Source: Octopus vulgaris (lineage: Eukaryota). Taken from it: a stretch of DNA of 64,000 nt. Below, piece by piece: positions 1 through 13,872 of this stretch (positions are counted from its first letter, which is position 1; each line of letters begins with the position of its first letter). A program made the translations under genes and the position numbers. The stretch spans positions 48,980,001-49,044,000 of the forward strand of contig OX597836.1 in the NCBI GenBank assembly GCA_951406725.2, written 5' to 3'. The notes beneath the pieces are model-generated. The model was not told where the DNA came from and ran no database searches. It saw nothing but the letters and a program-made list of their open reading frames with translations.

Positions 1-409
1 TCCTTTCTTTCCTACTTCCACCACCCCACCTCCACCTCCACCATCACCAGCAACACAGCATCAAAACCACTACCGTAACCACCTCCACTGCCACCACCAT
101 AATCACAACCGTAACCACCACCGCCACCACCATCACTATAGTACATTCTCACCCCCACCCCCTCCCTTATATACACTTTCTTAACCCTCTGTATTCTTGC
201 TGCAATAACTCTTTCTCCTCCTCATTTTGTCCTCTTTGCCCTCCTCCTACCACGCTTCTCCACAACCACCACCACCACCACCCTGCCCTATGCATTTCTA
301 TGTATTTGTGACGGGGTGGGAGGGTGCACGAGAGATAGCGGTTCTCATTGCTATGATTCTCCCTCTCAAAACAATTTTCATGAATCACGCTTTCTTCATC
401 TCCCTCCCT

Positions 410-447
<38 letters not shown>

Positions 448-504
448 CTTTTCTTGGATCACTAAAAACTATACATACTTACATACACACACACATACAT
501 TTAT

Positions 505-553
<49 letters not shown>

Positions 554-838
554 GAGAGAGATAGGGGGAGAGTGTGAGAGAAGCAAGTGCAATGAAGACG
601 GAACAGAGAAGTCGTAAATGAGTGCAAGAGTGACGTAATTTGGGGGAAGACGACACCCGTAATGGAGGGTTACTCTGAGTATGCAGATATACATTGACGC
701 ACACACACACATATACACACATGCATACATACATATACATATATGCATGCATATCCAGTGATAAACATACATATATAAGCCTACTTACATACATGTAAAC
801 ACACATTTATATATATACATATATAATGCACACACACA

Positions 839-882
<44 letters not shown>

Positions 883-1212
883 TGATTCTTGAATCAATGA
901 TGAAGAGCAGCAAAAATGCCAGAGCGAATAAATTGGTTTACAGAATTCTTTTAGCAAATTTATATGCATACATTCATACACATACACACATACATATACA
1001 TACATATACGTGCATGTATACATACATACATACATACATACATACACACACACACAGACACACACATATAGAATATAATGTAGACAGATAGATACACATA
1101 CATATATTATTGTTATTATTACTATATGTATATACACATACATTAATACATATATATATATGTGTATATATACACAGAGACATATATATGTATTTATGTG
1201 TATATATGTATG

Positions 1213-1247
<35 letters not shown>

Positions 1248-1269
1248 ATGTGTGTGTGTGTGTGCTTGT

Positions 1270-2540
1270 ACGTATACTGTGCCTGTGTCTCATACGCAAG
1301 CCTGGTATGAGTTTGTCATGTCAAACGCTGACGCTGCCAATCTTAACAGACATCTTTGTGCAAGAACAAAAACTGGATCTAAGGAAGCAGTTCAAATACC
1401 CGACTTTTCTCGCAGTTATTAATGGTAAAAAATAGCATTTTTCCGCAAGAAGCATAGGGGTCGAGCGAGACCACATCATGTCAGTGGACGCCATCTTGGT
1501 CTACCTCCTTGATTTCAGACCAAGGAAGTCCAATTGCTTTTGCTTCATCCTCCACGCTTCCTTTTTCAGGTCTTCTTAGGTCAGCCAACTTCCCTTTATA
1601 CTCCTTCAGATTCTCAGTCTAACACTTGTCTTGTGACTGATCCGGGCCCCTTTTCTTTTTCGGAATTTCTTGCTTGATGGCAGTTTGGTTGGTTCTATTC
1701 CAAAGACGTCCGTTTGAAATTTTGTCCGATCACCAGATCTTGAGGATGTAGCGCAGAGACTTGTTGACGGAAGTCTGTAGATTACTCTTTATGGCTTTGG
1801 TGATTCTCCAAGTCTCTGAGCCTAAAGAGAAGAACGGTCTTGATGCTGGAATTGAAGATGCAGAATTTTGTGTTGAGGGAGACGGCCTTGGAGCTCCAGA
1901 CCAGTCGAAAATTGTTGAAAGCACACCAGACCTTGTCAATCCTGAACCTCACATCCTCCTCTCTTCCACCCGCCCTTGAGACGATGCTGCCTAGATACAC
2001 AAACTTTTCGGTTTTCGGAAGGGCTTCGGTGCCAATTCGAATTGATTTCTGGTTCAGCCCCAAAACTTCTGTCTTGTTCTGGTTCAACCAGAATCCCGTT
2101 TCCATTACCTCCCCAACTAACTTTGTAACATTGGATTGCATCCCTTGGTGGTGATGCGATAGCAGTCCTGTATCATCTGCATAACAAAGATCTTCCAGTT
2201 GATCACAGTGTCACTTCCTGATGTTATCTCGTTCGTGATCCAGTCGATTGCAAACAAAAATATCATTGGTGACATTAGGCAACCTTCCATTACACCAGTT
2301 TGAGCTGTGAAAGGATTTGCTTCTGTTTTCCATGGCTCGATGACCTGAGTAGTAGCACTCTCATAAAACTGTTGGAGGATGCTGATCATTTTCGGTGGAA
2401 CACAAACCTTCAGGTCACTCTCCCGTCGACGGCCTTCTCGGGACCAATGAAGGCGGTGAGAAAAGAGTTGCAATGGCAAAGAATACAGACCTGAAATCTT
2501 TCCAAGAACCCTACAGACAGGGCCGCCTGAAGGTGTGGAC
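1270..2540 (-). mobile_element. Decayed RTE-clade non-LTR retrotransposon (RT and C-terminal region)
   Basis: Minus-strand frames give RTE-like motifs: 'QTGVMEGCLMSPMIF' (GVRQGC.LSP.LF), 'EKFVYLGSIV', 'TKFCIFNSSIKTVLL..ETWRITKA', 'VNKSLRYILKIW'. Several frameshifts; ends approximate. Confidence 0.8.
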
Positions 2541-3362
2541 ATACTGGGCCGTTACCCGGCCCCTATGGGTTTAGCGGGCCCAATTCTTATCTACGTATGT
2601 TGTGGCTTACTGCCAATAAATAGTATGGGGTCCAGTGCATTAATTTGCCCAGGGTTGGGGTGGGGGGGAGGGCTACAAGGCTGCTGAGACAACTCTGTTC
2701 ACAAGCATTGCAATTATTCAAATGACATCAATATGAATAATAATAACAAACTTTAATGGACTTTGGTGATTTCCAGGTTGTTTGTAAGATGCAAATTCTC
2801 TCAGGCAGGAATTTAGACGAAGATACAGGTGTCGGGTTCAATCTTACTGCGTGGCATCTTGATCAGGTGTCTTCTACAATTGCCCCGAGTCTACCAATAC
2901 ATCTTCCGTGAATTTAGAAGACGGGAACTCTGTGTGTGTGTTTGTGTATCAGTTTCATCCTATCTTTTCGATTACCCGTTGCACTCTTCCTACCTCAGCC
3001 AGCATCCGATATGTCTGTTTTCTTTTTTTTTTTTGGCTGCTCTTCCCCAACTTCATCCATCAACTTTCTCTTCAGCTCTCCTCCTCCTCCTTTCAATCTC
3101 TCCTCCACTTCCCCCCTCTCTCTCTCTTCCTCTCTCTCTCTCTCTCTCTCTTTCCTGTTATTCCTTCATACTTTCTTGATGTGTTATTTCATTCTTCTTT
3201 TCTTGCTTGTTGTTGTTTTTTTTACCCTTGCCCCCCCCTCCTTTGTTTTGCTATGTTTCGTGAACCGAATGAAATATATACCAACGTGTCTGATGAGGAT
3301 TTGTGTGTGCGTGGGTGTGTTTGCATATTACACACACGTATGTATATGTATATATATGTATA

Positions 3363-3641
3363 TCACGTGATCACGTGACCGACCAGACCATCAGATGTAG
3401 TTACACATCGCTGGTCACAATGCGATCGCATTGTTTTAGCCTTCGAATGACGCCACCCCGCTGGCTAAGCGAGCAGGCCGACAGAAAGAGTACAGCTGGG
3501 ATCACCACCCCCTGCCGGAGCCTCGTGGAACTTTTAGGTGTTTTCGCTCAATAAACACTCACTACACCCGGTCTGGGAATCGAAACCGCGATCCTGCGAC
3601 CGCGAGTCCGATGCCCTAACCACTAGGCCATTGCGCCTCCA
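3363..3641 (-). mobile_element. tRNA-derived SINE (family C)
   Basis: Minus strand begins GTGGAGGCGCAATGGCCTAGTGG (A box) ... GGTTTCGATTCCC (B box), followed by a non-tRNA body; flanked by TA/TG repeats. Confidence 0.75.
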
Positions 3642-3665
3642 CATATATGTATGTATATATATATG

Positions 3666-3719
<54 letters not shown>

Positions 3720-3777
3720 TGTGTATATATATATATATAAAATGAGTCCTTCGAATTTAAGTAAAGTCTATATCTTT

Positions 3778-3865
3778 ATGCAGCTGAAGATTGCTCTACA
3801 TTTTAAATTGAGGTAATGTTTGCATTGTTCAACTAAATAGGGTCGAGGAAATGATCGTACTGCAT
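3778..3865 (+). ncRNA. Type I hammerhead-ribozyme-like motif (probable Penelope-like pLTR remnant)
   Basis: Stem I ATGCAG(3778-83)/CTGCAT(3860-65); CTGAAGA 3784-90; long stem II (GCTCTA/TAGGGT); GAAA-T-GATC-G-TA. Ends CTTATTTTGATT-(TA)n. Confidence 0.6.
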
Positions 3866-3895
3866 TACCTCTGGATATCCTTGTTGCTTATTTTG

Positions 3896-3955
<60 letters not shown>

Positions 3956-4065
3956 GATGCTCCAGCATGACCGCAGTCAAATGGCTGAAACAAGTAAAAG
4001 AGAAAAGAGTAAAAGAATAAACATACATGTAAATGTGTCAACACGTATGTGAATATGTAGATACA

Positions 4066-4151
<86 letters not shown>

Positions 4152-4154
4152 CAT

Positions 4155-4222
4155 GCGCAGGAGTGGCTGTGTGGTAAGTAGCTTGCTTCCCACCCACATT
4201 GTTCCGGGTTCAGTCCCACTGC
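4155..4222 (+). mobile_element. SINE family A head fragment
   Basis: GCAGGAGTGGCTGTGTGGTAAG...GGTTCAGTCCCACTG, the same head as the full copies at 14318 and 27338. A family A tail fragment lies at ~3957-4020. Confidence 0.7.
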
Positions 4223-4243
4223 CGGAAAAAAAGTCAAGATAGT

Positions 4244-4780
4244 AAATGCTAAAATAATTTTATAAAAAACATTTCAGTACCGGTTTCAGTCATTGACACT
4301 TTTCCAACTGTAAGTATGGAAAACAATTCAATTTTGGAAAAGTTAAAAGAAAAGTTTTTTAAAAGAATATTTGTATTGTGGCATTTTCCTTGTTTCTGCC
4401 TGTTTCGCTCTCTCTTGTGGGTTCGAGTAAACAAGACCTCTTTATGGCTTTGGTGATTCTCCAAGTTTCTGAGCATTAAAAGAAGAATGGCTTTGATGCT
4501 GGAATTGAAGATGCAGAATTTTGTTTTGAGGGAGATGGCTATGGAGCTCCATACAAGTCGAAGATCGTCGACCTCGAACCCACAGGAATAAACAAGAGAG
4601 ACAGAGACAGGCAGAAACAAGGAAAATGCCCCTTGTATTTGAACACTATACAAATATTCTTTTAAAAAACTTTTCTTTTAATTTTTCCAAAATTGAATTG
4701 TTTTCCATACTCAGAGTTGGAAAAGTCTCAATGACTGGAACCGGTACTGAAATGTTTTTTATAAAATTATTTTAGCATTT
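4244..4780. repeat. Fold-back: ~185-205 bp inverted arms around an RTE fragment
   Basis: Left arm AAATGCTAAAATAATTTT...GGGTTCGAG (4244-4427) is the reverse complement of right arm CTCGAACCC...TTTAGCATTT (4573-4780). Spacer 4438-4565 matches 1785-1912. Confidence 0.85.
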
Positions 4781-4832
4781 TCTACCTTGACTTTTTTTCC
4801 ATATATATCAACTCGTATGTTCCTTTTCAACC

Positions 4833-4999
<167 letters not shown>

Positions 5000-5139
5000 T
5001 GTATTTCGAGATGCTCATTTTATCTATTTATTTATTTGGCAAAAAAAATAAATAACTAAAATGACCATCTCGAAATACAACAATGTCGGTTTCAACACAC
5101 GATTTCACATTAAGAATCTTGCAAATCGAATTGGTAAAC

Positions 5140-5586
<447 letters not shown>

Positions 5587-5755
5587 AAGAGTGGACGAAC
5601 GAGGGAAAGTGTGTTTGTGTGTTGTGTGCGTGTGTGTATGTATGACAGTGAGGGAGAAAGAGAAAGAAATATATTGAGTGATAGAACGACAGAAAAAGAG
5701 GGATAAGACGAAAGCAGGTGTAAAAAGGGAGGGAGAGAGAGAGAGGGATGAAAGA

Positions 5756-5817
<62 letters not shown>

Positions 5818-5931
5818 AAGGCAGGAAGTAAATGGAGAATGCCTGCAAGGGAATGGTTATAGGGAATGAAAGTAGCCGGTGATATTTCCACCAAGCTGCC
5901 GAAATACATGACATAACAACAGGATGTGGTG

Positions 5932-5984
<53 letters not shown>

Positions 5985-6317
5985 GTGTGTGTAAATGTGA
6001 GTGCTGTGGTACGGTGGTGGTGGTGGTGGAGAGCTCTCCAGTTAATTTCCAGCTGGACAATGAGAGATATTTGCCTTGGTTGCTTTAAAACTAAATACTT
6101 GCTTATTGACTGCCGCCGCCGCCGCCATTGTTGTGCGGAATAGCTTCGAATTATTACAATAAACCGACCATCAAACAGCATTTCGGCTGAATGCATTCAA
6201 ATACATTGTGTGATGTTGTTGTTGCTGTTGCAGGAGAACTATTACACTCTCCTCCCGCCAAAACACTTCAACTTTTTTAAACGACTTCGTTGTTGTAATC
6301 ATTATTGAGGATTTGGG

Positions 6318-6680
6318 TTGGCAGAATCGTTAGCACGTCGGACAAAATGCCTAGCGGTATTTCTTCCGACTCATTACATTCTGAGTTCAAATTCCGCCGG
6401 GGTCAGCTTCTCCTTTCATCCCTTTGGGCTTGACAAAAATAAAGAACCAGTCAATTACTGAAGCCGATGTAATCAACTTGCCCCCACCCTTCTCCCACCC
6501 TCAACATTACTGGCCTTGTATCAAAATTAGAAAGAAAGGCGGCAAGCTGGCAGAATTGTTAGCATGCCGGACAAAATGCTTAGCCTCTGGGAATCCATAA
6601 AATAAGTACCAGTTGTGCTCTGGGATCGACTAACCTCCTCCCTACAAATTTCAGCCCTCGGGCCAATGATAGAAAGAATA
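6318..6680 (+). mobile_element. SINE family B, two tandem degenerate copies
   Basis: TGGCAGAATCGTTAGC ... GAGTTCAAATTCCGCC ... CCTTTCATCCCTTTGGG; second head at ~6537. Confidence 0.65.
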
Positions 6681-6844
6681 AGGGTTCTAAAAGTATTTCA
6701 TTTTCTCTTTGTTTTGGCGGGAATTCCTTCCACAAATCGTGGCTTCGTTCACCTCAGACGAGAGCAATGTTCTCTATTTTATTCTAAGTTCTTCATGTAA
6801 TATACTCACGTGCTCTGCCGATAGCCAGTAGCTAATAGCGTTCT

Positions 6845-6945
<101 letters not shown>

Positions 6946-6984
6946 AAGTGAAGCAAGTTTTGGTTTCTGTATTTATTTTTGTTC

Positions 6985-7700
6985 CACTGTTAATCCTTCC
7001 CAAGGCACCAATTATTACAGACATTGCTTCTCTTTCCACTGGTTATCTCTATTATTTATATTTGAATAATTTGTCCATTTTATGTGGCGATACATCGCCG
7101 TCTGTTGGGACTGAACCTCCTCTTTGGAGCCACTTCCCTTTCCTCATGGCCGTTGACAACAATATCCGAACGATTAAACATCGTTTTTCTATCTCCGAAC
7201 ACTAGAAAATCCCAGATTACGGCCGTTTTGTTAGTCTTTGAGCCCTTTTTATCCGGTATGCTTAAACAACTTCCTTTCCGTTTGTATTTCAGGATGCTGT
7301 TATGATTTCTAAAGAATGGAAGAACCAGCTCTGCTACACTTGCAGCGAATACATTCTCTTGGCTAAAACTGAACAACCAGAGCCAACCTGCTTAATTGTC
7401 TCCCCTCTTTCCCCTATATTATCTGTAGTTGTTATGTTTATTTACTTGTCTCCCTGTAGCACAGTGGCAGGTGTGACGGCGGAGGAACGGTCCGCCCTTG
7501 GCGGCACTTTTGGGTTTATAGTATAAGCTTTTATAGCGGACAGAGTGGGGAGATGAGAAGAGCGGCACACACACCAGCTGTGCCACTGATGCATTCAATG
7601 GCTTCTGAAGAGAAGATTTTCATCCTGTGCTTCGGTCAAGAATCCTTCCAACTCAACTTCGTGTCGTCTGCTTCTCAGTCAGTAAACTTGGTTTATATAA
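6985..7700 (-). mobile_element. Decayed R4/Dong-type non-LTR element (C-terminal zinc knuckle and RLE endonuclease)
   Basis: Minus-strand motifs in the expected order: 'ELEGFLTEAQDENL', 'ETIKQVGSGCSVLA', 'WDFLVFGDRKTMFNRSDIVV', 'DKLFKYK', 'SVIIGALG'. Confidence 0.65.
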
Positions 7701-8279
7701 AAAGGAACCAAAAATGGGACAAGAACGCAAAACATCCAGACAGTTAGAGGATACAAAAAAGGGGGCAACAAGACATCCAGACAGACGATACAAAAAAACA
7801 AGGACGGGTCATTGGGAGTTTTCTTTCTTCAGTCGAGTTCCAGATTATCTTTGCAATTTCGGCTGGTTGTTCACTTGTTTTTCTTCAGGTCTTGGCCATG
7901 GAGTGGTTTTCATGAAATTCTGTATCTTCAATTTCAGATTAGTTTTTCTTTTAATGTCTTCACACTTTTGTTTATATCTCTTCTCTCTTCTCCAATCTGT
8001 TTCAGCCTCTCGACTCTATGTATTACCTCCCTTGAAGATAACACACGTTGGTTTTGTTCGTGTTCTTTTAACTTTTTATCCTACTTTTTCATTGTTCTTC
8101 TATGAATGTTTTTCTTGTTCCACTGTAAAAATGTAAAATTTTTCTATTTACATGAGGCCTCTGTCGCTTTATATTCACGGTGAATATAATATTTCTAAGT
8201 TGCATATTGCATGGTCTTCGCTAAAATGCAGTCAAGACGAGAATATTACAACTACAATAAGTTTCCTTTCTTTCTGTTA

Positions 8280-8500
8280 CAGGCAGAAGACCTGAACGTT
8301 TTTGTGTGAATGTGGCTGATGGAGGAGGTGGGGGGGCACATCTATCCCAATACTCGACGCCCACTTATTTTATCGACCCTGAAAGGATGAAAGGCAAAGC
8401 CTACATCGACTGAATTTCGACTCAGAACGTAAAGACGGACAAAATACTGCTAAGCATTTTGTTCGGCATGTAAACCATTCTTCCAGTTTGCCACCTTCAT
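8280..8500 (-). mobile_element. SINE family B
   Basis: Plus strand TTTATCGACCCTGAAAGGATGAAAGGCAAAG...ACTCAGAACGTAAAG, as in the 23850-24085 copy. Confidence 0.7.
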
Positions 8501-8946
8501 ATCTCCAATAAGATGATCACAGACAGAATATTGGTGCCAATTACCTTTGCTTTCATTTAGTTCTTTTTTGTCTTCTCATTTCTTTTTTTTTTTTTTTTTT
8601 TTGAATACTAATCTCTATGGCAGATTTTATTTAGGACTTTTCAGATTTGAGGTTTCACTAAAACTTTCAGAATCAAAATAAGAGTCGACGCGGAAAACTC
8701 ATATTTCTCGTTCTGGGCTTCTCTCTTTTCTACTTCTTTTGGCTGATTTTCGAGAATGTTTGAAAAGACAGTTTTTTTTCTTTTATGTTGGACAGTGGAT
8801 ATCATATTCGAAGCCATTATTGTAACATGCCCGGATAGGAACATTGGTCTAGTTGATGAGGATGATGATGATGATGATGATGGTAACGACGACAATGATG
8901 GTGATGATGATGATGGTGGTGGTAGTGGTGGTGGTGATAGTGGTGG

Positions 8947-8977
<31 letters not shown>

Positions 8978-9049
8978 GGTGGTGAGGATGATGATGATGA
9001 TGACAATCATGATGACTGTATAGTGTTTTGCTGTACGTCCTTTATCTTT

Positions 9050-9470
9050 TGTTTCTTTCGTTGGATTCTGGCCATGCGGGAGCACCTCCTCGAAGGGTTT
9101 TAATGGAACAAATCGACCCCAGAACTTAATTTGTTTCGGGTCTGATAGTTATTCTATCGGATCTCTTTGGCCGAACCGCTAAGTTACGGAGACGTTAACA
9201 AATCAACATTTTTTGGGCAAGAAGTGATGGAGACAAAAACGAAGATACACGCACACACACACACACGCACACACACACAGGCACACACACACACACACAC
9301 ATACACACACATAAATGATGGGCTTCCCCACAGTTTCCGTCAACCAAATCCATTGATAAGGCTTTGGTCGACCTGGGTCTATAGTAGACGACACTTGCCT
9401 TAATTACCGTGCAATGGGACTGAACTCGAAACCCCGTGGTTGCAAACCAAGTTTCCTAACCACAGCCATT
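9050..9470 (-). mobile_element. SINE family A
   Basis: GCCGAACCGCTAAGTTACGG, internal (CA)n, CAGTTTCCGTC, GACACTTGCC, GGGACTGAAC. Confidence 0.75.
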
Positions 9471-10167
9471 TCTTCGCTTTTATCTTTTTTTAGGTTTATA
9501 TTAAACCATATTTGCCCCTCCCCTGGGATTTTCCTTCACTTTTTGCTGTTTCCTTGTTTTGTTGTTTAATCTTGTGTGTAATACTCTTCTACTTCATTTC
9601 TATGTCCCGTTATTTCGGCTGCTTCCTGCTTTTTATAAGCTTCGATATTTCTCATGTGTAATTAAGACCGTATTAGTTATGTTACCATGTTGAATATGGT
9701 TATTTTTTTTTCAATATCTTTAATTGTTTGGTTGAATGTTTTTACTGCAAAATCCAGTTGGGAGATTGTGGCGTTATTTCATTCTAAAAGCTTTGATCCT
9801 CTTTCATCATTAAACTCGTTTTACTGGGTTTCGTTTATAATTTTTCGTTTCTTTTTCTTCTTTTTTTTTTCGAACTTTATAAAAAAGTGTTTGTTTCCTC
9901 CATTGATGTGCGAATGCATTGTAAAAGTAATTGTTTGATGGTCTGAGAAAATTTGAGAAATTGTTTGCCAAATATCTGTGATTACTAAATGAGTGGAACA
10001 GACTGTGATATCTGAAAGAAGGTTGTTGTAGTTAGCTTGGAGTGGTATACGTGCAGATTGTCGCCGTTTGTATTATTAACATTATTTATCAAAAACCAGA
10101 ATCTGTTGAGTTCATTCAGCTCTCTCTAAATTATGTTGTTTAGGGGTGGATTAAAGAATTGTGTATG

Positions 10168-10266
<99 letters not shown>

Positions 10267-10529
10267 GAGATTCAGTTGAATTATTTACTTAAGTTGAGGC
10301 CCCAAGTCAGCCCGGTATCATCCGCACAGCTCAAAGTAAGGTGAATAAATCAAAATAAGCAACAGGATATCAAGAAGTGATGCAGTACGACCGTTTCAAG
10401 CGGCTCCAGTTAATGTGTCCAACTGATTAAAATTCTTTTTTTTTTTTTTGTGCATTTAAAATTGATTTAATAATTGCATTATTCAATTAAATGGATCCGC
10501 TTGAAACGGATCTTCTTGATATCTTATTT

Positions 10530-10566
<37 letters not shown>

Positions 10567-10606
10567 TAACTTCTTGATATCCTGTTTTCTTATTTTGATA
10601 TATATC

Positions 10607-10771
10607 TCCAAACGTTTTTTATTCTCTCCCTGTTTATTTCCTCGTGTTCCTTTCTGTTGAAGAGCGCAGACTCGAAACGTAAAAGACTTTCTCAGCTTCC
10701 CGAGCGTTAAACTAATACACCTGCTTGCTGTTTATACACCAGTCTTCGTCATTTGTTTTTCTGTATACTTC

Positions 10772-10775
<4 letters not shown>
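10607..10775 (+). mobile_element. Solo 3' end/pLTR of the Penelope-like family at 57950-58745, with hammerhead-like motif at 10650-10685
   Basis: Aligns by eye to 58574-58745; both end TTCAAC-TATATA. Motif CTTT-CTGTTGA-A-GAG..CTC-GAAAC-GTA-AAAG. Confidence 0.65.
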
Positions 10776-10841
<66 letters not shown>

Positions 10842-10859
10842 ATATGTATATATATGTAT

Positions 10860-11090
10860 ATGTGTGTGTGCGTGTTTGTGTCTCTGTCTGTTTCCCACTA
10901 CCGCGTGTCAACCGGTGTTGGCTTGTTTACATTGCCCATAACTTAGCGAGTCAGCAAAAGAGAGCGACAGAATGAGTAACAGGCTTTAAAAAAATGGTAT
11001 TGGGGTCGATTCATTTGACTAACCATTCTTCAAGGCGGTTCCTCAGCATGGCCGCAGTCTAATGACTGAAACAAGTAAGTTATAAAAAAT
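10860..11090 (+). mobile_element. SINE family A, 3' half
   Basis: GGGGTCGATTC...CAGCATGGCCGCAGTCTAATGACTGAAACAAGT tail. Confidence 0.7.
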
Positions 11091-12402
11091 AAACACATGA
11101 TCACCATTGACCTCATTAATCATACTCGGGGTTACAACCTCTTGTTACAATACTTTAACTCTCTCCTAAACATGTATGCATGTATATATGTATATACATA
11201 CATACACACACGTACACATACATATGCTTACATTAAATTAATGCGCTTCAAGTAGCTGTATTTTTTGTTTTTTTCATATTCTGAATGCTGGTATATTTCT
11301 TGTATGATGTCGTCTGCCATTAGCATACGCCTATCGCTTATGGCATTTATTGATGTTTCACATAATTTTATGGACGTTATGAAACTTCCTCCTTAACGAT
11401 ATGGTCTGTCTAACTTAATAAGAGTGCAATTAGGACCCTTACATGTTCTGTATTATGATTTTAAAACATTTTCTTGGGTTATTGCGACGTGAATGTCATG
11501 TGCGATGAGGAAAGCTGTCAATATTTTATTTTTTTTGCCGTGAATTTTATTTTGTAATAATTCTATATTTGTACGATGTTATATTCTAATAATTACGAAA
11601 TGTTGGTGTGTGTGTGCATCGTTAATTTTCTCTTGTAAATTGCGGGATTTTGACAAATGTTTTCTGTGTGAAACTAAGGTATTGGCAAAGAAGAAATGGC
11701 GATATTTCATGATGCTATTGTTGTTGTTGCTTTTGTAATGCTGATCACCTTGTGTGGTGCTTCAGTTATTGATCGCTAGTTTATACTGAATTAAATATGG
11801 CCAAGCTTAATTCTCTTTGTCTTTTTAAAAAATAATTTCTGTTGTTTTCTCATTCTCGCTTTACAACTTCCGGTTCCGCTTAATAAAGCCCCTAGCTTAT
11901 TATTGTTGGTTTTCTTAAAGACGGATAAAAATAAATAATTTTTCGTTTTGTTCGCGTTGCTCATAGCTACTTATATTAGTTTCTGCAGTTCTGCAATATT
12001 TTGGTAGACATGCACGTGCATATACATACATACATACATACGTACATACATACATACATACACACATACATACACACACACACACACACACATACATTCA
12101 CACACATACATACACACAGACATACATGCATACATACATACATACATACATACACACACATAAATACACACACATACATGTATACATACATACACACACA
12201 TACATACATACACGCACATACATTCATACATACATACATACACTCACATACATACATACATACACACACATACATACATGCATACACACACACACACATA
12301 GATACATCCATCTATCCATCCATCTATCCATCCATCAATCCATCTATACATACATACATACATACATACATACATACATACATACATACATACATACATA
12401 CA

Positions 12403-12600
12403 GCTATACCCGATTCATCAATATCTCCTCGTGTCACAGCTTTGCGATGTCCGTCTACCCTTATTTTGAGGGGGCGGCATGTTTCGCCTTTGTATAACCT
12501 ACCACAGCTGCATGGGATGGAGTAGACGCAGTCTTTGGTCATATTCTCTTCTATTGGTGGTTTTACTCGAAAGAGATATTTGCGAAGTGTTGTATTAACC
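12403..12600 (-). pseudogene. Penelope/Poseidon-type GIY-YIG endonuclease fragment
   Basis: 'CVYSIPCSCGRLYKGETCRPLKIRVDGH' fits the PLE VY.IPC..C...Y.GET.R.L..R..EH pattern. Confidence 0.8.
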
Positions 12601-12745
12601 CAGGTTCGAAATTTCCCCAAGACACCTGATGGAGGCTGGAGGGTATTTCAGCCGAAACGTTGTGTTAACAACAAACAGGATGAGGACCAATATCCGTCAA
12701 TTGTAAATAATGTACATAATTCCTCACCTCTTAAATATAGAACTG
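12598..12745 (+). mobile_element. Inverted pLTR with hammerhead-like motif (12621-12666)
   Basis: GACAC-CTGATGG-A-GGCTG...CAGCC-GAAAC-GTT-GTGTT; homologous to 47990-48130 on the minus strand. Confidence 0.7.
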
Positions 12746-13680
12746 AAAAATGTTAGTGTTCAGTATGTTGGCGACAGGAATTTCTGTCAAAGAGATATGG
12801 TTGAAAAAGTTGTACATCATCTCCCTCTTTCTCTGACATACCTACTCTTTCTCTCTCTTTTATTATTACTCCCACTGCCACCATGAACAGGTTATAGTAG
12901 AAGACACTTGCCGAAGGTGCCACGCAGTGGGACAGAATCTGGAACCACGTGACTCCAAAGTGAGTTTCTTAACCACAGCGCCGTTCCAGAGCATTTATAA
13001 AAATAAAAGAAAAACTGTTTTTTCATTTTTTTGTATAAAAATGAATTCATTACGATTTAACAAGGATTTCTTCCTGGCTTTTTTCTTATAAAAAAATAAG
13101 TTTTTCTTATTGTTTTGTTATATTTCCTTCTCTTCCTCTCTCTCTCCATTCGTACTCTCTCTCTCTCCCCTCCCTCCACTTTCTCTCTAACCCTCCCCCC
13201 CGTCTTTTCGTTGTTTAGTTTCAATTAGAAGTTTAAGAGTTTATCTTATTTTCCATCTCCCCCCTCTCTCTCTCTCCCTCTCCCTCTCTCTCCATGTTTG
13301 TTTTCCACGGGGCCTGTTTGTCTTCAGATGTTCATATATGATAAATCTTCAGTCGCTACCCGCTTCCCTTTGTAACTATGTCGGCTGCTGTACAGATTAT
13401 TTGATTGATCCTGGTGATATTCACGTTCGCATCTGTTTTTACTTCCTTTATGATATCTACGCTCACATTTTCTGTTTTATTTGCAACAGTTCAACACTAA
13501 ACTCCTACTCATTATTTAGTTTGTCATCATTTTTATCAGGTACCAATATATTTACATCAGGCGATAAAAAAAAGGTTTGGTGCACTTCAAGTGCGCTTTA
13601 AGCCGAAGTTCCTCATGTTTTTTAGATTTATTTCATATATTTTATTAGGAGTTTTTCTGTATTTGTAGCCCGAGAGTCAG

Positions 13681-13817
<137 letters not shown>

Positions 13818-13872
13818 ATGTATATCTAAAGAATAACGCAGATAGTGAAACCGTTAATCTGCTAAGATACTC

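Larger units (their letters stand above)
9480..12008 (-). mobile_element. Highly decayed APE-type LINE (I/jockey-like), interrupted by younger repeats
   Basis: Minus strand 11370-11530 reads 'KILTAFLIAHDIHVAITQE' and 'PNCTLIKLDRPYR*GGSFITSIK' (APE N-terminal motifs). Extension to 9480 and 12008 is tentative. Confidence 0.4.

Noticed and set aside
3560-3641. tRNA gene
   Set aside because: A and B boxes continue into a SINE body with no proper acceptor-stem closure or terminator; it is a SINE head.
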